From an uncultured Bacilli bacterium (GTDB lineage Bacteria > Bacillota_I > Bacilli_A > RF39 > UBA660), in NCBI GenBank assembly GCA_949505625.1, contig CATBQD010000006.1:3495-67494 (forward strand): a DNA stretch of 64,000 bases, read 5' to 3'. The translations under genes were made by a program, and so were the position numbers. The notes under the pieces were generated by a model. That model saw only the letters and a list, made by a program, of their open reading frames with translations. It made no database searches and was not told where the DNA came from. Shown here one piece after another: positions 48,508 to 60,426 of the stretch. Within the stretch, counting starts at the first letter, position 1, and each line of letters starts with the position of its first letter.

Positions 48508-49455
48508 TTAATCTTCATCACGGAATCTAAGTCCCATATCTTTAATTTTATCCATAACTTCTTTTAAAGATTTTTTACCAAGATTACGGATTTTCATCAT
48601 TTCTAATTCTGATTTTTCTGTTAAATCGCCTAAAGTATTAACTCCAGCTCTCTTTAAACAATTGTATGCACGAACAGAGAAATCCAAGTCATCAATAGAA
48701 GTTTCTAATTTCTTTAGTTTGCTATCTTCTTGTTTTGCATTCATAATTCCTGTGACATCAGCAATTTCGCTTAAGTCAGTAATAATATTTAAGTGTTCAA
48801 TTAAAATTTTTGCTCCTAATGCCATCGCTTCTTCTGGGCGCACTGACCCGTTTGTTGTTACATTCATAATTAATTTATCATAACTAGCATCTTGTCCAAC
48901 ACGAGCATTATCTACATCATAGCTAATTCTCTCAATTGGTGAATAAAGAGCGTCAATTGGAATATATCCTATATTACCTTCCACATATTTTTTATTTTCA
49001 TTTGATGGAACATAACCACGTCCATTTGACACAATCATCTCCATATCAAGTTTGCCGCCTTTTGATAAAGTTGCAATTACTTGATCTGGATTAATAATTT
49101 CAATATCTGCATCTGCTTCTATATCTGCAGCAGTAACAATTCTCTCTTCATTTACTGACAAATGTAATACTTTATCTTCATTAGAGTGATTTTTTACTAC
49201 TACATTTTTAAGATTTAATACAATAGTTGTTACATCTTCTACAACTCCGTCCATTGATTGAAATTCATGCATAACTCCATCAATCTTAACCGCTACTATA
49301 GCGCTTCCCGGCATACTAGAAAGCATAACTCTTCTAAGTGCATTACCAATTGTTGTTCCAAATCCTCTTTCCAAAGGCTCTAATTCAAATTTTCCAAAAT
49401 TATTATTTTCAACGTATTCCGTTATTTTATAAATTGGTTTTTCAAAGTTTAACAC
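48508..49455 (-). CDS. rpoA: RNA polymerase alpha subunit
   Basis: [37 protein letters not shown]. Confidence 0.98.
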   Translation of the reverse strand: MLNFEKPIYKITEYVENNNFGKFELEPLERGFGTTIGNALRRVMLSSMPGSAIVAVKIDGVMHEFQSMDGVVEDVTTIVLNLKNVVVKNHSNEDKVLHLSVNEERIVTAADIEADADIEIINPDQVIATLSKGGKLDMEMIVSNGRGYVPSNENKKYVEGNIGYIPIDALYSPIERISYDVDNARVGQDASYDKLIMNVTTNGSVRPEEAMALGAKILIEHLNIITDLSEIADVTGIMNAKQEDSKLKKLETSIDDLDFSVRAYNCLKRAGVNTLGDLTEKSELEMMKIRNLGKKSLKEVMDKIKDMGLRFRDED

Positions 49456-49472
49456 TTAATCACTCCCTTTCA

Positions 49473-49856
49473 TTATCCACGTGGACGTTTTGGTGGACGA
49501 CATCCATTATGTGGAATAGGTGTTACATCAGAAATTGAAGTAATCTCTAATCCAGCAGTTTGTAACGAACGAATTGCTGTTTCTCTTCCAGATCCTAATC
49601 CTTTTACGAAAACTTCAACTTTTTTCATACCCATTTCTACAGCCGCTTTTCCTGCTGCTTCTGCAGACATACCTGCTGCAAATGGAGTTGATTTCTTACT
49701 TCCTTTGAATCCTAATGTCCCAGCTGAAGCCCAACTAATCGCATTTCCATCTTTATCACTAATTGTTACAATTGTGTTATTGAAAGTAGAATGAATAAAT
49801 GCTTTACCTTCTGGCACATTCTTTTTCACTTTACGTTTTCTTGGTTTATAAGCCAT
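49473..49856 (-). CDS. rpsK: 30S ribosomal protein S11
   Basis: [22 protein letters not shown]. Confidence 0.98.
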   Translation of the reverse strand: MAYKPRKRKVKKNVPEGKAFIHSTFNNTIVTISDKDGNAISWASAGTLGFKGSKKSTPFAAGMSAEAAGKAAVEMGMKKVEVFVKGLGSGRETAIRSLQTAGLEITSISDVTPIPHNGCRPPKRPRG

Positions 49857-49882
49857 GTATATAACCTCCTTTATTCGTATTC

Positions 49883-50248
49883 CTATTTTTTCTTATTAGC
49901 AACTACTTTTCCTTTACCCTTACGAGTTCTTGCATTACGGTTTGTTCTTTGTCCTCTTACTGGTAACCCTTTTTTATGACGAGTTCCCTCATAAGAATTG
50001 ATTTCCATCTTAGTCTTGATATTCATATTAACTTCACGACGCAAATCTCCTTCTGTTTGATATTTATTTAAAACATCACGAATAGCAACTAATTCGTCGT
50101 TTGTTAAATCTCCTGCTTTTTTATTAATGTCAATTTTAGCTTCTTTTAGAATTGTGTTAGATAAGCTTCTTCCGACACCATAAATATAAGTTAAAGCAAT
50201 TTCAATTCTTTTATTATTTGGTATATCTACACCTTTAATACGTGCCAT
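49883..50248 (-). CDS. rpsM: 30S ribosomal protein S13
   Basis: [24 protein letters not shown]. Confidence 0.98.
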   Translation of the reverse strand: MARIKGVDIPNNKRIEIALTYIYGVGRSLSNTILKEAKIDINKKAGDLTNDELVAIRDVLNKYQTEGDLRREVNMNIKTKMEINSYEGTRHKKGLPVRGQRTNRNARTRKGKGKVVANKKK

Positions 50249-50263
50249 AAAACACCTCCTATA

Positions 50264-50377
50264 TTACCCTTGTCTTTGTTTATGTTTTGGATTTGTACAA
50301 ATTACTTGTACTTTTCCTTTACGTTTAATAATTTTGCAATTTTCGCACATTTTTTTTACTGATGGTCTTACTTTCAT
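50264..50377 (-). CDS. rpmJ: 50S ribosomal protein L36 (missing from ORF track)
   Basis: Manual translation [37 protein letters not shown]. Confidence 0.97.
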   Translation of the reverse strand: MKVRPSVKKMCENCKIIKRKGKVQVICTNPKHKQRQG

Positions 50378-50388
50378 CTAAATCCCTC

Positions 50389-50604
50389 CTACTTTCTATA
50401 GGTTATGCGCCCACATGTTAAATCATATGGTGACATCTCCACAGTGACTTTATCACCTGCTAAAATGCGAATATAATTCATTCGGATTTTACCAGAAACG
50501 TGGGCAATTATAATATGTTTATTCTCTAATTCCACTCTGAATTTTCCGCCTGGTAATACTTCTAATACTTTACCTTCAACTTCGATTACATCTGTTTTTG
50601 CCAT
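50389..50604 (-). CDS. infA: Translation initiation factor IF-1
   Basis: [27 protein letters not shown]. Confidence 0.97.
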   Translation of the reverse strand: MAKTDVIEVEGKVLEVLPGGKFRVELENKHIIIAHVSGKIRMNYIRILAGDKVTVEMSPYDLTCGRITYRK

Positions 50605-50608
50605 CTAA

Positions 50609-51355
50609 TCACCTCTTTGTCAAAATTTGATACCCATCTTTGGTAACTAGAACAGTATGTTCAAAGTGTGCAGAAGGTTTTCCATCTGCTGTAATAATTG
50701 TCCAATCGTCATCTTCTAAGAAAATGTGTGGTGTTCCTAGATTTAGCATTGGTTCTACAGCAATGACCATTCCTTCCTTCAAGATAGGTCCAGTATTCTT
50801 TTTTCCATAGTTTGGCACATCAGGTTCTTCATGAACATCACTTCCAACCCCATGACCAATTAATTCTTTTACTACCCCTAAGTGATATTTGTTTGCGATT
50901 TCACTTACGGCGTTTCCAATATCTCCAACATGTGCTCCTTCTTTAATCGCAGAAAGTCCTGCAAATAAAGATTCTTCAGTTTGTTCTAGAAGTCTTTTTA
51001 AGTTGTTATCTATTTTCCCAACTGGATAAGTCCAGGCAGAATCACCATGATAACCCTTATAACATGCTCCGATATCAATAGAAATTATGTCACCATTTTT
51101 CAGTTTTCGATTTCCTGGAATACCATGTACTACCTCATCATTGATAGAAGTACAAATACTTCCTGGAAAACCATCATAATTTTTAAATGAAGGAGTAGCT
51201 CCTCTGCTTACAATATAATCATAAGCTAAAGTATCAAGTTCTTTTGTTGTAATACCAGGTTTAATAAACTGCTTTAAATAATTATGTGTATCTCCCGTTA
51301 TTTCTCCTGCAATTTTAAGAAGCTCTATTTCTCTTTCACTTTTTATAGGAATCAT
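50609..51355 (-). CDS. map: Methionine aminopeptidase
   Basis: CTSINDEVVHGIP, GYHGDSA, GHGVG, HEEP, SAHFEHT. Confidence 0.97.
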   Translation of the reverse strand: MIPIKSEREIELLKIAGEITGDTHNYLKQFIKPGITTKELDTLAYDYIVSRGATPSFKNYDGFPGSICTSINDEVVHGIPGNRKLKNGDIISIDIGACYKGYHGDSAWTYPVGKIDNNLKRLLEQTEESLFAGLSAIKEGAHVGDIGNAVSEIANKYHLGVVKELIGHGVGSDVHEEPDVPNYGKKNTGPILKEGMVIAVEPMLNLGTPHIFLEDDDWTIITADGKPSAHFEHTVLVTKDGYQILTKR

Positions 51356-52017
51356 ATTTTAGTTCTCCCTTCTAAAATAAGAGAGATATCTTTGAATGTT
51401 TCATTTTTATTTGTTCCGCTTTGAACACGATATAGTACATTTTTATTTTCATAATACTCTATGAGCGGTTTAGTTTTATCTAAATATGTATCATATCGAG
51501 TACTAAATGTTTCGCGATTGTCGTCCTGTCTTTTTGTTAACTGATTTCCACATCGATCACAAATACCTTCCTGTTTTGGCATAGCTTCTTCGATAATTGT
51601 ATTATAGACAGAACCGCATTTTGGACAGCTGACTCTGCCTTCGATTCTTTTAAAAGCAAGTTCCTTCTCCACTTCAAGATAAATTACAATTCCTAACTTT
51701 TTATTTAGCTTTTCTAGAATACTTTCATAAGATTTGGCTTGCTCAATATTTCTAGGAAAGCCATCTAAAATATAACCATTATTACAATCTTTTTCTTGTA
51801 TGCGTTCTTCAAGTAATTCTAAAATAATATCATCACTAACCAACGCTCCATTACTGATTTGGTCTTTAATATATTTTCCTCTTTCATCTTCTACTAGAGA
51901 CGCCTCCCGAAGAAGATCTCCAGTAGAAATATGAGGAATATGGTAGGTATCACAAAGCATTTTTGACTGTGTACCTTTTCCTGCGGCTGGAGGAGCGATA
52001 AAGATAATACTTTCCAT
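51352..52017 (-). CDS. adk: Adenylate kinase
   Basis: PPAAGKGTQ, HISTGDLLR, LDGFPR, Zn-lid CPKC/CDRC. Confidence 0.97.
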   Translation of the reverse strand: MESIIFIAPPAAGKGTQSKMLCDTYHIPHISTGDLLREASLVEDERGKYIKDQISNGALVSDDIILELLEERIQEKDCNNGYILDGFPRNIEQAKSYESILEKLNKKLGIVIYLEVEKELAFKRIEGRVSCPKCGSVYNTIIEEAMPKQEGICDRCGNQLTKRQDDNRETFSTRYDTYLDKTKPLIEYYENKNVLYRVQSGTNKNETFKDISLILEGRTKI

Positions 52018-52018
52018 C

Positions 52019-53290
52019 TTATCTTCTTCTTCCTCTCTTATACTGGCGACTTACTAACTGACTTTCCATTTGTTTGTAAGTTTCAAGTGCTACTCCAACA
52101 ACAATCAAAAGTCCTGTTCCACCTAGTTGTACGCTTGTTGGTAAACTTGATATAGAGCCAAATACCATTGGAAGTCCTGCTATGAAGGCTAAAAAGATAG
52201 CTCCCACAATTGTGATTTTATTTAAGACTCCACTTACATATTTTTCTGTATCAATGCCTGGGCGTACTCCAGGAATAAATCCCCCATTTTTATTTAAATT
52301 TTCTGCTAATTCTTTTGGTTTTAATTGTAAATATGTATAAAAGTATGCAAAACCGATAATTAATAAAATATATAAAATTAATCCTGTTCCGCTACTCATA
52401 TTTAACCATTTATTCACAAATAGTACAAACCCTTCTTTTTTTACAAACTGCGCAATAATTGAAGGTATCGATAATAACGCAGATGCGAAAATAACAGGTA
52501 CTACACCAGCTGAATTAAGCTTAAATGGAATATAACTATTTTTTGCTCCAACACTGTTTACAGAACGATTTGCATATTGAATTGGCACTCTTCTTTCAGC
52601 ACTTTGCTCAAATACAACGCCAACAACAATCGCTAAATAAACAACCACTAGAAGCACAAATTTTACAATTCCTAATGTAAGTGCTTGTGTACTAGTCGTT
52701 ACAATTAAACTTTGCCATGCACTAACAAACATTGTTGGAAGACTAGCAATAATACCAGCCATAATAATTAATGAGATTCCATTTCCTATTCCTTTGGCAG
52801 TAATTTGGTCTCCTAACCAAAGCAAGAATGCTGTCCCAGCTGTTAAAATAAGAGCAAACTCCATATAATCAAGTGGTGTTCCACCCTTAATTACAGAGAA
52901 TGAGAATAAATAACCTTGGAAAAATGCTAATGCAATTCCTACCACTCTTGTAATTTGATTTAATTTTGCCCTTCCTGTTCCTCCTTGTTTAGAAAGCTCT
53001 GCCAAATAAGGAATAATATCCATCTGTAATAATTGAATAACAATAGATGCTGTAATATAAGGCATTACACCTAATGAGAAGATAGAGAATTTCTCCATTG
53101 CTCCTCCACCCATTGCATTAATGAGTTCTAAGAACCCTAACTTTCCGGCATCAAATGCAGATGAGTTTACTCCCGGAACGATAATAGTTGTTCCTAGTTT
53201 AAAAATAAATAAACAGAAGAAAGTAAAATAAATTCTCTTTCTTAAGTCTTTATTTTTGGGATTAAATATTTGCTTCATCGTTGCAAACAT
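52019..53290 (-). CDS. secY: Preprotein translocase SecY
   Basis: SIFSLGVMPYITASI, GIGNGISL, IPGVRPG, GGTGLLIVVGV. Confidence 0.98.
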   Translation of the reverse strand: MFATMKQIFNPKNKDLRKRIYFTFFCLFIFKLGTTIIVPGVNSSAFDAGKLGFLELINAMGGGAMEKFSIFSLGVMPYITASIVIQLLQMDIIPYLAELSKQGGTGRAKLNQITRVVGIALAFFQGYLFSFSVIKGGTPLDYMEFALILTAGTAFLLWLGDQITAKGIGNGISLIIMAGIIASLPTMFVSAWQSLIVTTSTQALTLGIVKFVLLVVVYLAIVVGVVFEQSAERRVPIQYANRSVNSVGAKNSYIPFKLNSAGVVPVIFASALLSIPSIIAQFVKKEGFVLFVNKWLNMSSGTGLILYILLIIGFAYFYTYLQLKPKELAENLNKNGGFIPGVRPGIDTEKYVSGVLNKITIVGAIFLAFIAGLPMVFGSISSLPTSVQLGGTGLLIVVGVALETYKQMESQLVSRQYKRGRRR

Positions 53291-53291
53291 T

Positions 53292-53735
53292 TTAGATCAC
53301 CTCTGCTTTTCCACCTAATTTTTCTATTTGCTCTTTTGCTACAATAGAGAACTTATGCGCTTTTACATTTACTTTTTTCTCTAATGTACCATTTCCTAAA
53401 ACTTTAATTCCATCTAATTGATTCTTAACTAGTCCCATCTCTTTTAAAAGTTCTGGAGTAATTACTGCTCCATCTTCGAATTTATTTAAATCGTCTAAAT
53501 TAATAATAGCATATTCTGTTTTAAATCTGGCATTTGTAAAACCCCTTTTTGGTAAACGACGGAATAAAGGTAATTGTCCACCTTCAAATCCAGGTCTTAC
53601 TCCTCCTCCACTTCTTGCATTTTGTCCCTTATGTCCTTTTCCAGCAGTTTTTCCATGTCCACTGCTTGTTCCACGACCAACAATTTTACGTTCTTTTGTT
53701 GCCCCTGGATTTGGATACATTGTATGTAGCTTCAT
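53292..53735 (-). CDS. rplO: 50S ribosomal protein L15
   Basis: [28 protein letters not shown]. Confidence 0.98.
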   Translation of the reverse strand: MKLHTMYPNPGATKERKIVGRGTSSGHGKTAGKGHKGQNARSGGGVRPGFEGGQLPLFRRLPKRGFTNARFKTEYAIINLDDLNKFEDGAVITPELLKEMGLVKNQLDGIKVLGNGTLEKKVNVKAHKFSIVAKEQIEKLGGKAEVI

Positions 53736-53736
53736 A

Positions 53737-54240
53737 CTATCTGATCTCCTCTACTTTTTTGCCACGTAAACGTGCCACTTCTTCTATTGTTCTTTGTGAT
53801 TTAAGTGCATTAAGGGTTGCATATGCCATATTGATTTTTGTATTTGAGCCAAGAGACTTTGATAAGATATCTTTTACACCAGCAAGTTCTAATACTGCTC
53901 TGACTGGTCCACCAGCTTTTACTCCAGTACCTTTAGAAGCAGGTTTTAACATAACTCTACTAGCTCCTCTTACACCAATTGCTTCATGAGGGATAGTTCC
54001 ATCAACAACAGATACCCTTGACACGTTTTTAGTAGCTGCAGCAACAGCTTTCTTAATAGCATCTGGTACTTCATTTGCTTTTCCAGTTCCAAGTCCAACT
54101 TGGCCTTTTCTATCTCCTACAGCAACAGTAGCAGAGAAACGGAAATGACGACCACCTTTTGTTACTTTTGTAACACGACCAATATTAATTACTTCTTCTT
54201 CGAATTGTTTTGGTCTTGGTTCTCTTCTTCTATTTTCCAT
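53737..54240 (-). CDS. rpsE: 30S ribosomal protein S5
   Basis: [27 protein letters not shown]. Confidence 0.98.
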   Translation of the reverse strand: MENRRREPRPKQFEEEVINIGRVTKVTKGGRHFRFSATVAVGDRKGQVGLGTGKANEVPDAIKKAVAAATKNVSRVSVVDGTIPHEAIGVRGASRVMLKPASKGTGVKAGGPVRAVLELAGVKDILSKSLGSNTKINMAYATLNALKSQRTIEEVARLRGKKVEEIR

Positions 54241-54254
54241 GTGTTTTCCTCCTT

Positions 54255-54617
54255 TTAGAATTCTAATCCATTTTCGCGAGCAGCTTCAGCTAAAGCTTTT
54301 ACACGACCATGATATAGGTATCCACCTCTATCAAAAACAACTGTTTTTATTTTTGCATCTTTTGCTCTTTTGGCAAGTAATTCTCCTACTTTAGTAGCTG
54401 CTTCAATATTTCCACCATTTTCTAGTTTCAACTCTTTATCGATAGAAGATGCACTTACTAATGTAACAGATGCTTCATCATCGATGATTTGTGCAAAAAT
54501 GTTTCCGTTAGATCTAAACACATTTAATCTTGGAGTATTTACTGTTCCTGTTATTTTAGATCTTACACGTGCATGTCTAGCTTTACGTACATCGTTACGA
54601 GATACTTTTTTAATCAT
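54255..54617 (-). CDS. rplR: 50S ribosomal protein L18
   Basis: [22 protein letters not shown]. Confidence 0.98.
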   Translation of the reverse strand: MIKKVSRNDVRKARHARVRSKITGTVNTPRLNVFRSNGNIFAQIIDDEASVTLVSASSIDKELKLENGGNIEAATKVGELLAKRAKDAKIKTVVFDRGGYLYHGRVKALAEAARENGLEF

Positions 54618-54646
54618 AAGTATTACTCTCCTTTACTATTTAAATA

Positions 54647-55177
54647 TTAAGATGCTTTCTTTCCTTCTTTACGACGAACAATTTCATCTTTATAACGAAT
54701 ACCTTTACCTTTATAAGGCTCTGGTTCTCTTATCTTCCTAACATTAGCTGCAAATTCACCAACTAAACATTTGTCGATTCCTTTGATTGTAAGTTCTGTA
54801 TTACTTGGACATTCCAATGTAATTCCTTCTGGAACTGTTACTTCAACAGGGTGAGAATACCCAGCTGTTACTACTAAGTCCTTTCCTTTTAAAGCAAAAC
54901 GATATCCAACTCCTAAAGATTCTAAATTTTTTTCAAATCCGTTAGTAACTCCTTCAATCATATTACTAATGTTTGCGTTTGCAGTACCATGAAAACTTTT
55001 ATAATTATCGTTTTCTCTTGTAACTGTCAATTCATTTCCATCTATTTTAATGTCAATATGGTTGTTAATTTCAGTAGAAAGTTCGCCTTTAGGACCTTTT
55101 ACTGTAACAACATTACCATCTTTAGATACTGTAACATTCTCTGGTATAGTTAATACTCTATTTCCTATACGACTCAT
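54647..55177 (-). CDS. rplF: 50S ribosomal protein L6
   Basis: MSRIG, GPKGEL, PEPYKGKGIRY. Confidence 0.98.
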   Translation of the reverse strand: MSRIGNRVLTIPENVTVSKDGNVVTVKGPKGELSTEINNHIDIKIDGNELTVTRENDNYKSFHGTANANISNMIEGVTNGFEKNLESLGVGYRFALKGKDLVVTAGYSHPVEVTVPEGITLECPSNTELTIKGIDKCLVGEFAANVRKIREPEPYKGKGIRYKDEIVRRKEGKKAS

Positions 55178-55195
55178 AATAATCCTCCTAACTTT

Positions 55196-55591
55196 CTACC
55201 AAATATAAGCTAAAACTTCTCCACCTAATGATTTTTCTCTAGCTTCTTTATCAGTCATAATTCCTTTTGAAGTAGAAATGATGGCAATTCCAAGTCCATT
55301 TAATACACTTGGGATTTCTTCAGCTTTAGCATATACACGCAATCCTGGTTTTGATATTCTTTTTAATCCAGTAATAACGCGTTCTTTTTTATCTCCATAT
55401 TTTAAATCTAATGTGATAACATCAAATTTATCATTTTTTGCTACTTTATAATCGCTAATAAATCCAGTTTCCTTTAAAATTCTAGCAATTTCTGTTTTCA
55501 TTTTTGAAGCGGGTACTTCAACTTCTTTGTATCGCATTTGATTGGCATTACGAATTCTTGTAAGCATATCTGCGATTGGATCTGTTACCAT
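55196..55591 (-). CDS. rpsH: 30S ribosomal protein S8
   Basis: [30 protein letters not shown]. Confidence 0.98.
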   Translation of the reverse strand: MVTDPIADMLTRIRNANQMRYKEVEVPASKMKTEIARILKETGFISDYKVAKNDKFDVITLDLKYGDKKERVITGLKRISKPGLRVYAKAEEIPSVLNGLGIAIISTSKGIMTDKEAREKSLGGEVLAYIW

Positions 55592-55608
55592 ATATATCCT
55601 CCCATCTA

Positions 55609-55794
55609 CTACCAGCTAGATTTTGTAACCCCTGGTATTTGTCCTTTATAAGCTAATTCTCTAAAACAAATACGGCAAATCCCATATTTTCTAAGTACAG
55701 CATGAGGTCTTCCACATCTTTGACAACGTGTATATTCTCTTACTTTGTACTTTGGTTTACGACTAGCTTTTACTATCATACTTTTTTTAGCCAT
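55609..55794 (-). CDS. rpsZ: 30S ribosomal protein S14 (Zn-binding type Z)
   Basis: RCQRCGRP...CRICFRELA. Confidence 0.96.
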   Translation of the reverse strand: MAKKSMIVKASRKPKYKVREYTRCQRCGRPHAVLRKYGICRICFRELAYKGQIPGVTKSSW

Positions 55795-55809
55795 AATATC
55801 CTCCTATAA

Positions 55810-56349
55810 CTATTTCTTAAAAGGCATTCCGAAACCTTTTAATAAGTCATGTGCTTCTTCGTTCGTATGAGCTGTTGTTACAAATACAATATCCATACCA
55901 CGAACTTTTACAACGTTATCGTATTCGATCTCTGAGAAAATTAATTGTTCTGTCAATCCTAATGTATAATTACCTCTTCCATCAAATGATTTACTTGAAA
56001 TTCCTCTAAAGTCACGAACACGTGGTAATGTAATACTAATTAATTTATCCAAGAAGTTATACATATTTTCTCCACGTAATGTTACTTTACATCCGATTGC
56101 TTGACCTTCTCTTAATTTAAATCCAGCAATAGCTTTTTTTGCAGTTGTAGCAACTGGCTTTTGTCCTGTGATAGCTTCTAAGTCTGCAATTGCAGCTTCT
56201 AACATTTTACTGTTATGTGCAGCGTCTCCAACACCCATATTTACTACGATTTTATCTAATTTTGGAACTTCCATAATACTTGTGTAATTATATTTTTCTC
56301 TTAAACTTGGTACGATTTCATTTAAATATTTTTCTTTTAGGCGGTTCAC
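55810..56349 (-). CDS. rplE: 50S ribosomal protein L5
   Basis: [16 protein letters not shown]; GTG start after GGAGG. Confidence 0.97.
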   Translation of the reverse strand: MNRLKEKYLNEIVPSLREKYNYTSIMEVPKLDKIVVNMGVGDAAHNSKMLEAAIADLEAITGQKPVATTAKKAIAGFKLREGQAIGCKVTLRGENMYNFLDKLISITLPRVRDFRGISSKSFDGRGNYTLGLTEQLIFSEIEYDNVVKVRGMDIVFVTTAHTNEEAHDLLKGFGMPFKK

Positions 56350-56367
56350 TCTTAACCCTCCTTCCAA

Positions 56368-56676
56368 TTAGTCAAGGACTTCATTAGATTTTTTGCAAAC
56401 TCTAACTTTTTTTCCTTCTTTATTTACTGTGTGTCCAATTCTAGTTCCTTTTTTCGTTTTAGGATCTAGTATCATAACATTTGAAGCATGAATTGGTGCT
56501 TCCATTTCTACAATACTTCCAGCATTTCCACCTTGAGGTTTTATATGCTTTTTACGAACATTTACGCCTTCAATGATTACTCTATTTTCGTCACGAAGAA
56601 CTTTTGTAATAGTTCCTTCTTTTCCTTTATTAGAACCAGCAATGACTACTACTTTATCTCCAGTTTTCAAGTTCAT
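56368..56676 (-). CDS. rplX: 50S ribosomal protein L24
   Basis: GDKVVVIAG..KGK.G, EAPIHASNV. Confidence 0.97.
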   Translation of the reverse strand: MNLKTGDKVVVIAGSNKGKEGTITKVLRDENRVIIEGVNVRKKHIKPQGGNAGSIVEMEAPIHASNVMILDPKTKKGTRIGHTVNKEGKKVRVCKKSNEVLD

Positions 56677-56691
56677 GCTTTTCCCTCCAAA

Positions 56692-57060
56692 CTATAGCAC
56701 TTCTTTAGCAAGTGATACAATCTTCATAAAATCTTTTTCACGTAATTCACGTGCTACTGGCCCAAATACACGAGTTCCAACTGGACTCTTATCATCTTTA
56801 ATAATAACGCAAGCATTATCATCAAATTTAATATAAGATCCATCTTCTCTTCTTAGACCAAATTTACTTCTAACGATTACAGCTTTCACTACCTTACCAC
56901 GTCCAACTGTACCATTAGGAGTTGCTTTTTTAATAGTTCCAACAACTATATCACCAATATTACCAGTTTTAACTTTGCTTCCACCTAATACACGAATGAC
57001 TAAAAGTTCACGTGCACCTGAGTTATCAGCAACTTTTAAACGGCTTTCTTGTTGAATCAT
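56692..57060 (-). CDS. rplN: 50S ribosomal protein L14
   Basis: [27 protein letters not shown]. Confidence 0.98.
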   Translation of the reverse strand: MIQQESRLKVADNSGARELLVIRVLGGSKVKTGNIGDIVVGTIKKATPNGTVGRGKVVKAVIVRSKFGLRREDGSYIKFDDNACVIIKDDKSPVGTRVFGPVARELREKDFMKIVSLAKEVL

Positions 57061-57090
57061 ATATGAATCCTCCTTTATCCGTTACAGCTA

Positions 57091-57351
57091 TTATAAGATA
57101 ACTGCTTTTTCTACTATTTCAACTAAACGGAAACGTTTTGTTCTAGATAGTGGTCTAGTTTCTGCAATACGTACAGTATCTCCAGTTTTTGCTTCATTTT
57201 TTTCATCATGTGCAGTAAATTTTTTAGAATATTTAACACGTTTCTTGTATAATGGGTCAGTTTTATAAGTTTCAACTAAAACAGTAATTGTTTTGTCGTT
57301 CTTGTCGCTAACTACTTTACCAACTAATTCACGAGCTTTATTTTCTTTCAT
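57091..57351 (-). CDS. rpsQ: 30S ribosomal protein S17
   Basis: GKVVSDK.DKTI.V, AHDE, ETRPLS. Confidence 0.97.
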   Translation of the reverse strand: MKENKARELVGKVVSDKNDKTITVLVETYKTDPLYKKRVKYSKKFTAHDEKNEAKTGDTVRIAETRPLSRTKRFRLVEIVEKAVIL

Positions 57352-57362
57352 ACGTTACCTCC

Positions 57363-57554
57363 CTATTTACCTTCACGTTCACGAAGAATCGTTTTCATAC
57401 GTGCTACTAATTTTCTAAGTTCTCTAATTCTTGATGGTTTTTCTAAATTTCCAGTAGCTTGGCTAAAACGTAAGTTAAATAATTCTTCATTAGACTCTTC
57501 AATTTTTTTCAAAATTTCTTCATTAGACATTGCTCTAATTTCACTATTTTTCAT
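57363..57554 (-). CDS. rpmC: 50S ribosomal protein L29
   Basis: ELFNLRF..ATG.LE. Confidence 0.95.
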   Translation of the reverse strand: MKNSEIRAMSNEEILKKIEESNEELFNLRFSQATGNLEKPSRIRELRKLVARMKTILREREGK

Positions 57555-57978
57555 TAGCCTCACCACTTTCTTCTTTTTTTACAAATTTACATTTAATTGG
57601 AAGTTTATGCATAGCAAGTCTTAAAGCTTCACGAGCCGTTTCTTCACTAACTCCTCCAATTTCAAACATGATTTTTCCTTTTTTAACTACTGCAACCCAA
57701 GCTTCTGGTTGACCTTTACCTTTACCCATACGAGTTTCTAATGGAATTTTTGTTAATGATAAGTGTGGGAAAATGTTAATCCATACTTTTCCTCCACGTT
57801 TCATATAACGAGTCATAGCAACACGGGCAGCTTCGATTTGTTGTTGTGTAATCCAAGCACCTTCCATTGCCATTAATCCATATTCACCAAAATGAAGTTC
57901 TTTATTTCCTCTCGTAATTCCATCATATCTTAAACGATGGGGTCTACGATATTTAGTTCTTTTTGGAATGACTGCCAT
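57544..57978 (-). CDS. rplP: 50S ribosomal protein L16
   Basis: PKRTKYR, QIEAAR, RMGKGKG. Confidence 0.97.
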   Translation of the reverse strand: MAVIPKRTKYRRPHRLRYDGITRGNKELHFGEYGLMAMEGAWITQQQIEAARVAMTRYMKRGGKVWINIFPHLSLTKIPLETRMGKGKGQPEAWVAVVKKGKIMFEIGGVSEETAREALRLAMHKLPIKCKFVKKEESGEANEK

Positions 57979-58633
57979 TTTCATTACCTCCCTTATTTTT
58001 TGCACCAGGAAGTATTTCTCCTTTGTAAATCCATACTTTTACACCAATTTTACCATAAGTAGTATCAGCTTCTTTATGAGCATAATCAATATCAGCTCTT
58101 AAAGTATGAAGTGGAATGTTACCTTCTGTATATCCTTCAGTTCTTGCCATATCAGCTCCACCTAAACGACCTGATACAGAAGTTTTAATTCCTTTTGCTC
58201 CGGCTTTCATTGCATTACGAATTGCTCTTTTTTGTGCGATTCTGAATGATACACGGCCTTCGATTTGATGTGCAATATTTTCTGCAACTAATGCTGCATC
58301 TACATCTGGATTCTTAATTTCCATAATTGAAATTTGAATCTCTTCTTTTACTAATTTCGATAATTCTTTTTTGATTTTTTCAATTTCATCTCCACCATGA
58401 CCAATAACAACTCCAGGTTTTGCTGTGTTAATAATTACATCAGTCTTTTTAGCGGTTCTTTCAATTAGAATACTTGAAACTGCTGCGTCTTTTAATCTTT
58501 TAGATAAATATTTACGAATCTGTACATCATTATTTAAAAACTTAGCAAAATCTTTATTATCTGCATACCATTTAGATTCCCAAGTTTTATTGATTCCCAT
58601 TCTAAGTCCGACTGGACTAACTTTTTGACCCAT
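57953..58633 (-). CDS. rpsC: 30S ribosomal protein S3
   Basis: [30 protein letters not shown]. Confidence 0.98.
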   Translation of the reverse strand: MGQKVSPVGLRMGINKTWESKWYADNKDFAKFLNNDVQIRKYLSKRLKDAAVSSILIERTAKKTDVIINTAKPGVVIGHGGDEIEKIKKELSKLVKEEIQISIMEIKNPDVDAALVAENIAHQIEGRVSFRIAQKRAIRNAMKAGAKGIKTSVSGRLGGADMARTEGYTEGNIPLHTLRADIDYAHKEADTTYGKIGVKVWIYKGEILPGAKNKGGNENGSHSKKN

Positions 58634-58650
58634 CAGTTACCCTCCTTTGC

Positions 58651-58986
58651 TTAATTTTTTTCACTTACAATAACTGTAATGTGACTTGTTCTTTTTTTGA
58701 TTGGATCTACATGTCCACGAGAACCAAATCTCATTCTTTTCATTGTAGCTCCTTCGTTTACATATGCTTCTTTTACAACTAGTTTTTCTTTATCTAAACC
58801 TAAGTTATTTTCAGCATTCGCTACTGCAGAAGTTAATACTTTACGAATTAATCTTGCAGCTTCTTTATTCATATTATTTAAAATTTTATCAGCTTCGATT
58901 ACGTCTTTACCACGTATTAAATCGATCACTAAACGAGCTTTACGAGCTGGGATTCTAACTCCCTTTGCAATCGCTTTTGCTTCCAT
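58651..58986 (-). CDS. rplV: 50S ribosomal protein L22
   Basis: RKARLVIDLIRG, SAVANAENN, KRTSHITV. Confidence 0.97.
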   Translation of the reverse strand: MEAKAIAKGVRIPARKARLVIDLIRGKDVIEADKILNNMNKEAARLIRKVLTSAVANAENNLGLDKEKLVVKEAYVNEGATMKRMRFGSRGHVDPIKKRTSHITVIVSEKN

Positions 58987-59009
58987 TTTAGTCCTCCCTT
59001 CTGGTAATT

Positions 59010-59282
59010 CTATTTTTTACCTTTGTCGTCACCATGTCCGCCAAATTTACGAGTTAAAGCAAACTCTCCTAATTTATGTCCTACCATGTCTTCTGTTACA
59101 TAAACAGGAATAAATTCTTTACCATTATGAACAGCAAATGTGTGTCCGATAAATTCAGGATAAATTGTTGAACGGCGTGACCATGTTTTAATTACTTCTT
59201 TTTTCCCAGATTCATTTACTTTTTTAACCTTATTCATCAAACTTTTATCAACGAAAGGTCCTTTTTTTAAACTTCTAGCCAT
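59010..59282 (-). CDS. rpsS: 30S ribosomal protein S19
   Basis: [25 protein letters not shown]. Confidence 0.98.
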   Translation of the reverse strand: MARSLKKGPFVDKSLMNKVKKVNESGKKEVIKTWSRRSTIYPEFIGHTFAVHNGKEFIPVYVTEDMVGHKLGEFALTRKFGGHGDDKGKK

Positions 59283-59298
59283 TTAAACCATCCTTTCA

Positions 59299-60129
59299 CT
59301 ATTTGTTACGACGACGAACAATTAACTTATTTGAAGCTTTTTTGCTGTCTCTTGTTTTATATCCTAATGCTGGTTTACCCCATGGAGTAACTGGTCCCTT
59401 ACGTCCGATTGGCGCACGTCCTTCTCCTCCACCATGTGGGTGGTCATTAGGGTTCATAACAGAACCACGAACTGTTGGACGGATCCCCATATGTCTTTTA
59501 CGACCTGCTTTTCCGATTTTTACTAATTCATGATCTGCATTTCCTACTTCTCCAATAGTAGCTCTACAAGTACTTAATACTTTACGAACTTCTCCACTAG
59601 TTAAACGAAGTAATGTATATCTTCCTTCACGTCCTAATATTTGAACTGAAGAACCAGCTGAACGAGCAAGTTCTCCACCTTTACCAGGTTTTAATTCAAT
59701 GTTATGAACTTGTGTTCCTTCTGGAATATTTGCAAGTGGTAAAGAATTTCCAACTTTAATGTCAGCAGTTTCTCCACTTTCAACTTTCATTCCAACTTTT
59801 AGTCCTTTTGGAGCGATAATATATCTTTTTTCTCCATCGGCATATTTAATTAAAGCAATGTTAGCAGTTCTGTTTGGGTCATATTCGATAGAAGCAACTG
59901 TTCCAATAACACCATCTTTATTTCTTTTGAAATCGATGATACGGTATTTTCTTTTTGCTCCTCCACCACGGTGTCTTACAGTAATTCTACCTTGGTTGTT
60001 ACGACCGCCATTTTTCTTTAATGTTACAACTAATGATTTTTCTGGTGTTGTCTTTGTTATTTCATCATTGATTAACTTTGACATTCCACGAGTACCATTA
60101 GTCATTGGTTTATATGTTTTAATTGCCAT
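59299..60129 (-). CDS. rplB: 50S ribosomal protein L2
   Basis: [34 protein letters not shown]. Confidence 0.98.
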   Translation of the reverse strand: MAIKTYKPMTNGTRGMSKLINDEITKTTPEKSLVVTLKKNGGRNNQGRITVRHRGGGAKRKYRIIDFKRNKDGVIGTVASIEYDPNRTANIALIKYADGEKRYIIAPKGLKVGMKVESGETADIKVGNSLPLANIPEGTQVHNIELKPGKGGELARSAGSSVQILGREGRYTLLRLTSGEVRKVLSTCRATIGEVGNADHELVKIGKAGRKRHMGIRPTVRGSVMNPNDHPHGGGEGRAPIGRKGPVTPWGKPALGYKTRDSKKASNKLIVRRRNK

Positions 60130-60150
60130 ATATGTGTCCTCCTTTTTGGA

Positions 60151-60426
60151 TTAGTTAAGTTCAATTGAACTTCCTTCTTTTAATTTAACAATTGCTTTTT
60201 TTACCCTGTTAGTCTTTCCTACATAACGACCAACTCTTTTTTTCTTTGGTTTTACGTTAATTGTATTAACGCTTTCTACTTTAACATTAAAAATGTTTTC
60301 GATTGCTTGTTTTATTTGAGTTTTATTTGCTTTTGTATCAACGCTAAATACATATGTATTATTTTGCGCTAATAGAGAAGTTTTCTCAGTAATAATTGGA
60401 GCTTTTATAATACTTCTATAATTCAT
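60151..60426 (-). CDS. rplW: 50S ribosomal protein L23
   Basis: [25 protein letters not shown]. Confidence 0.97.
   Translation of the reverse strand: MNYRSIIKAPIITEKTSLLAQNNTYVFSVDTKANKTQIKQAIENIFNVKVESVNTINVKPKKKRVGRYVGKTNRVKKAIVKLKEGSSIELN

Noticed and set aside
48508-49473. Absence of rpsD between rpsK and rpoA
   Set aside because: This is the normal arrangement in Bacilli, where rpsD lies elsewhere
50609-51355. Genetic code 4 (TGA=Trp), suggested by rare TGA stops and the ATG-TGA after the RT
   Set aside because: Conserved genes translate full-length under code 11 with TGG Trp, and map ends at TGA at its expected C-terminus
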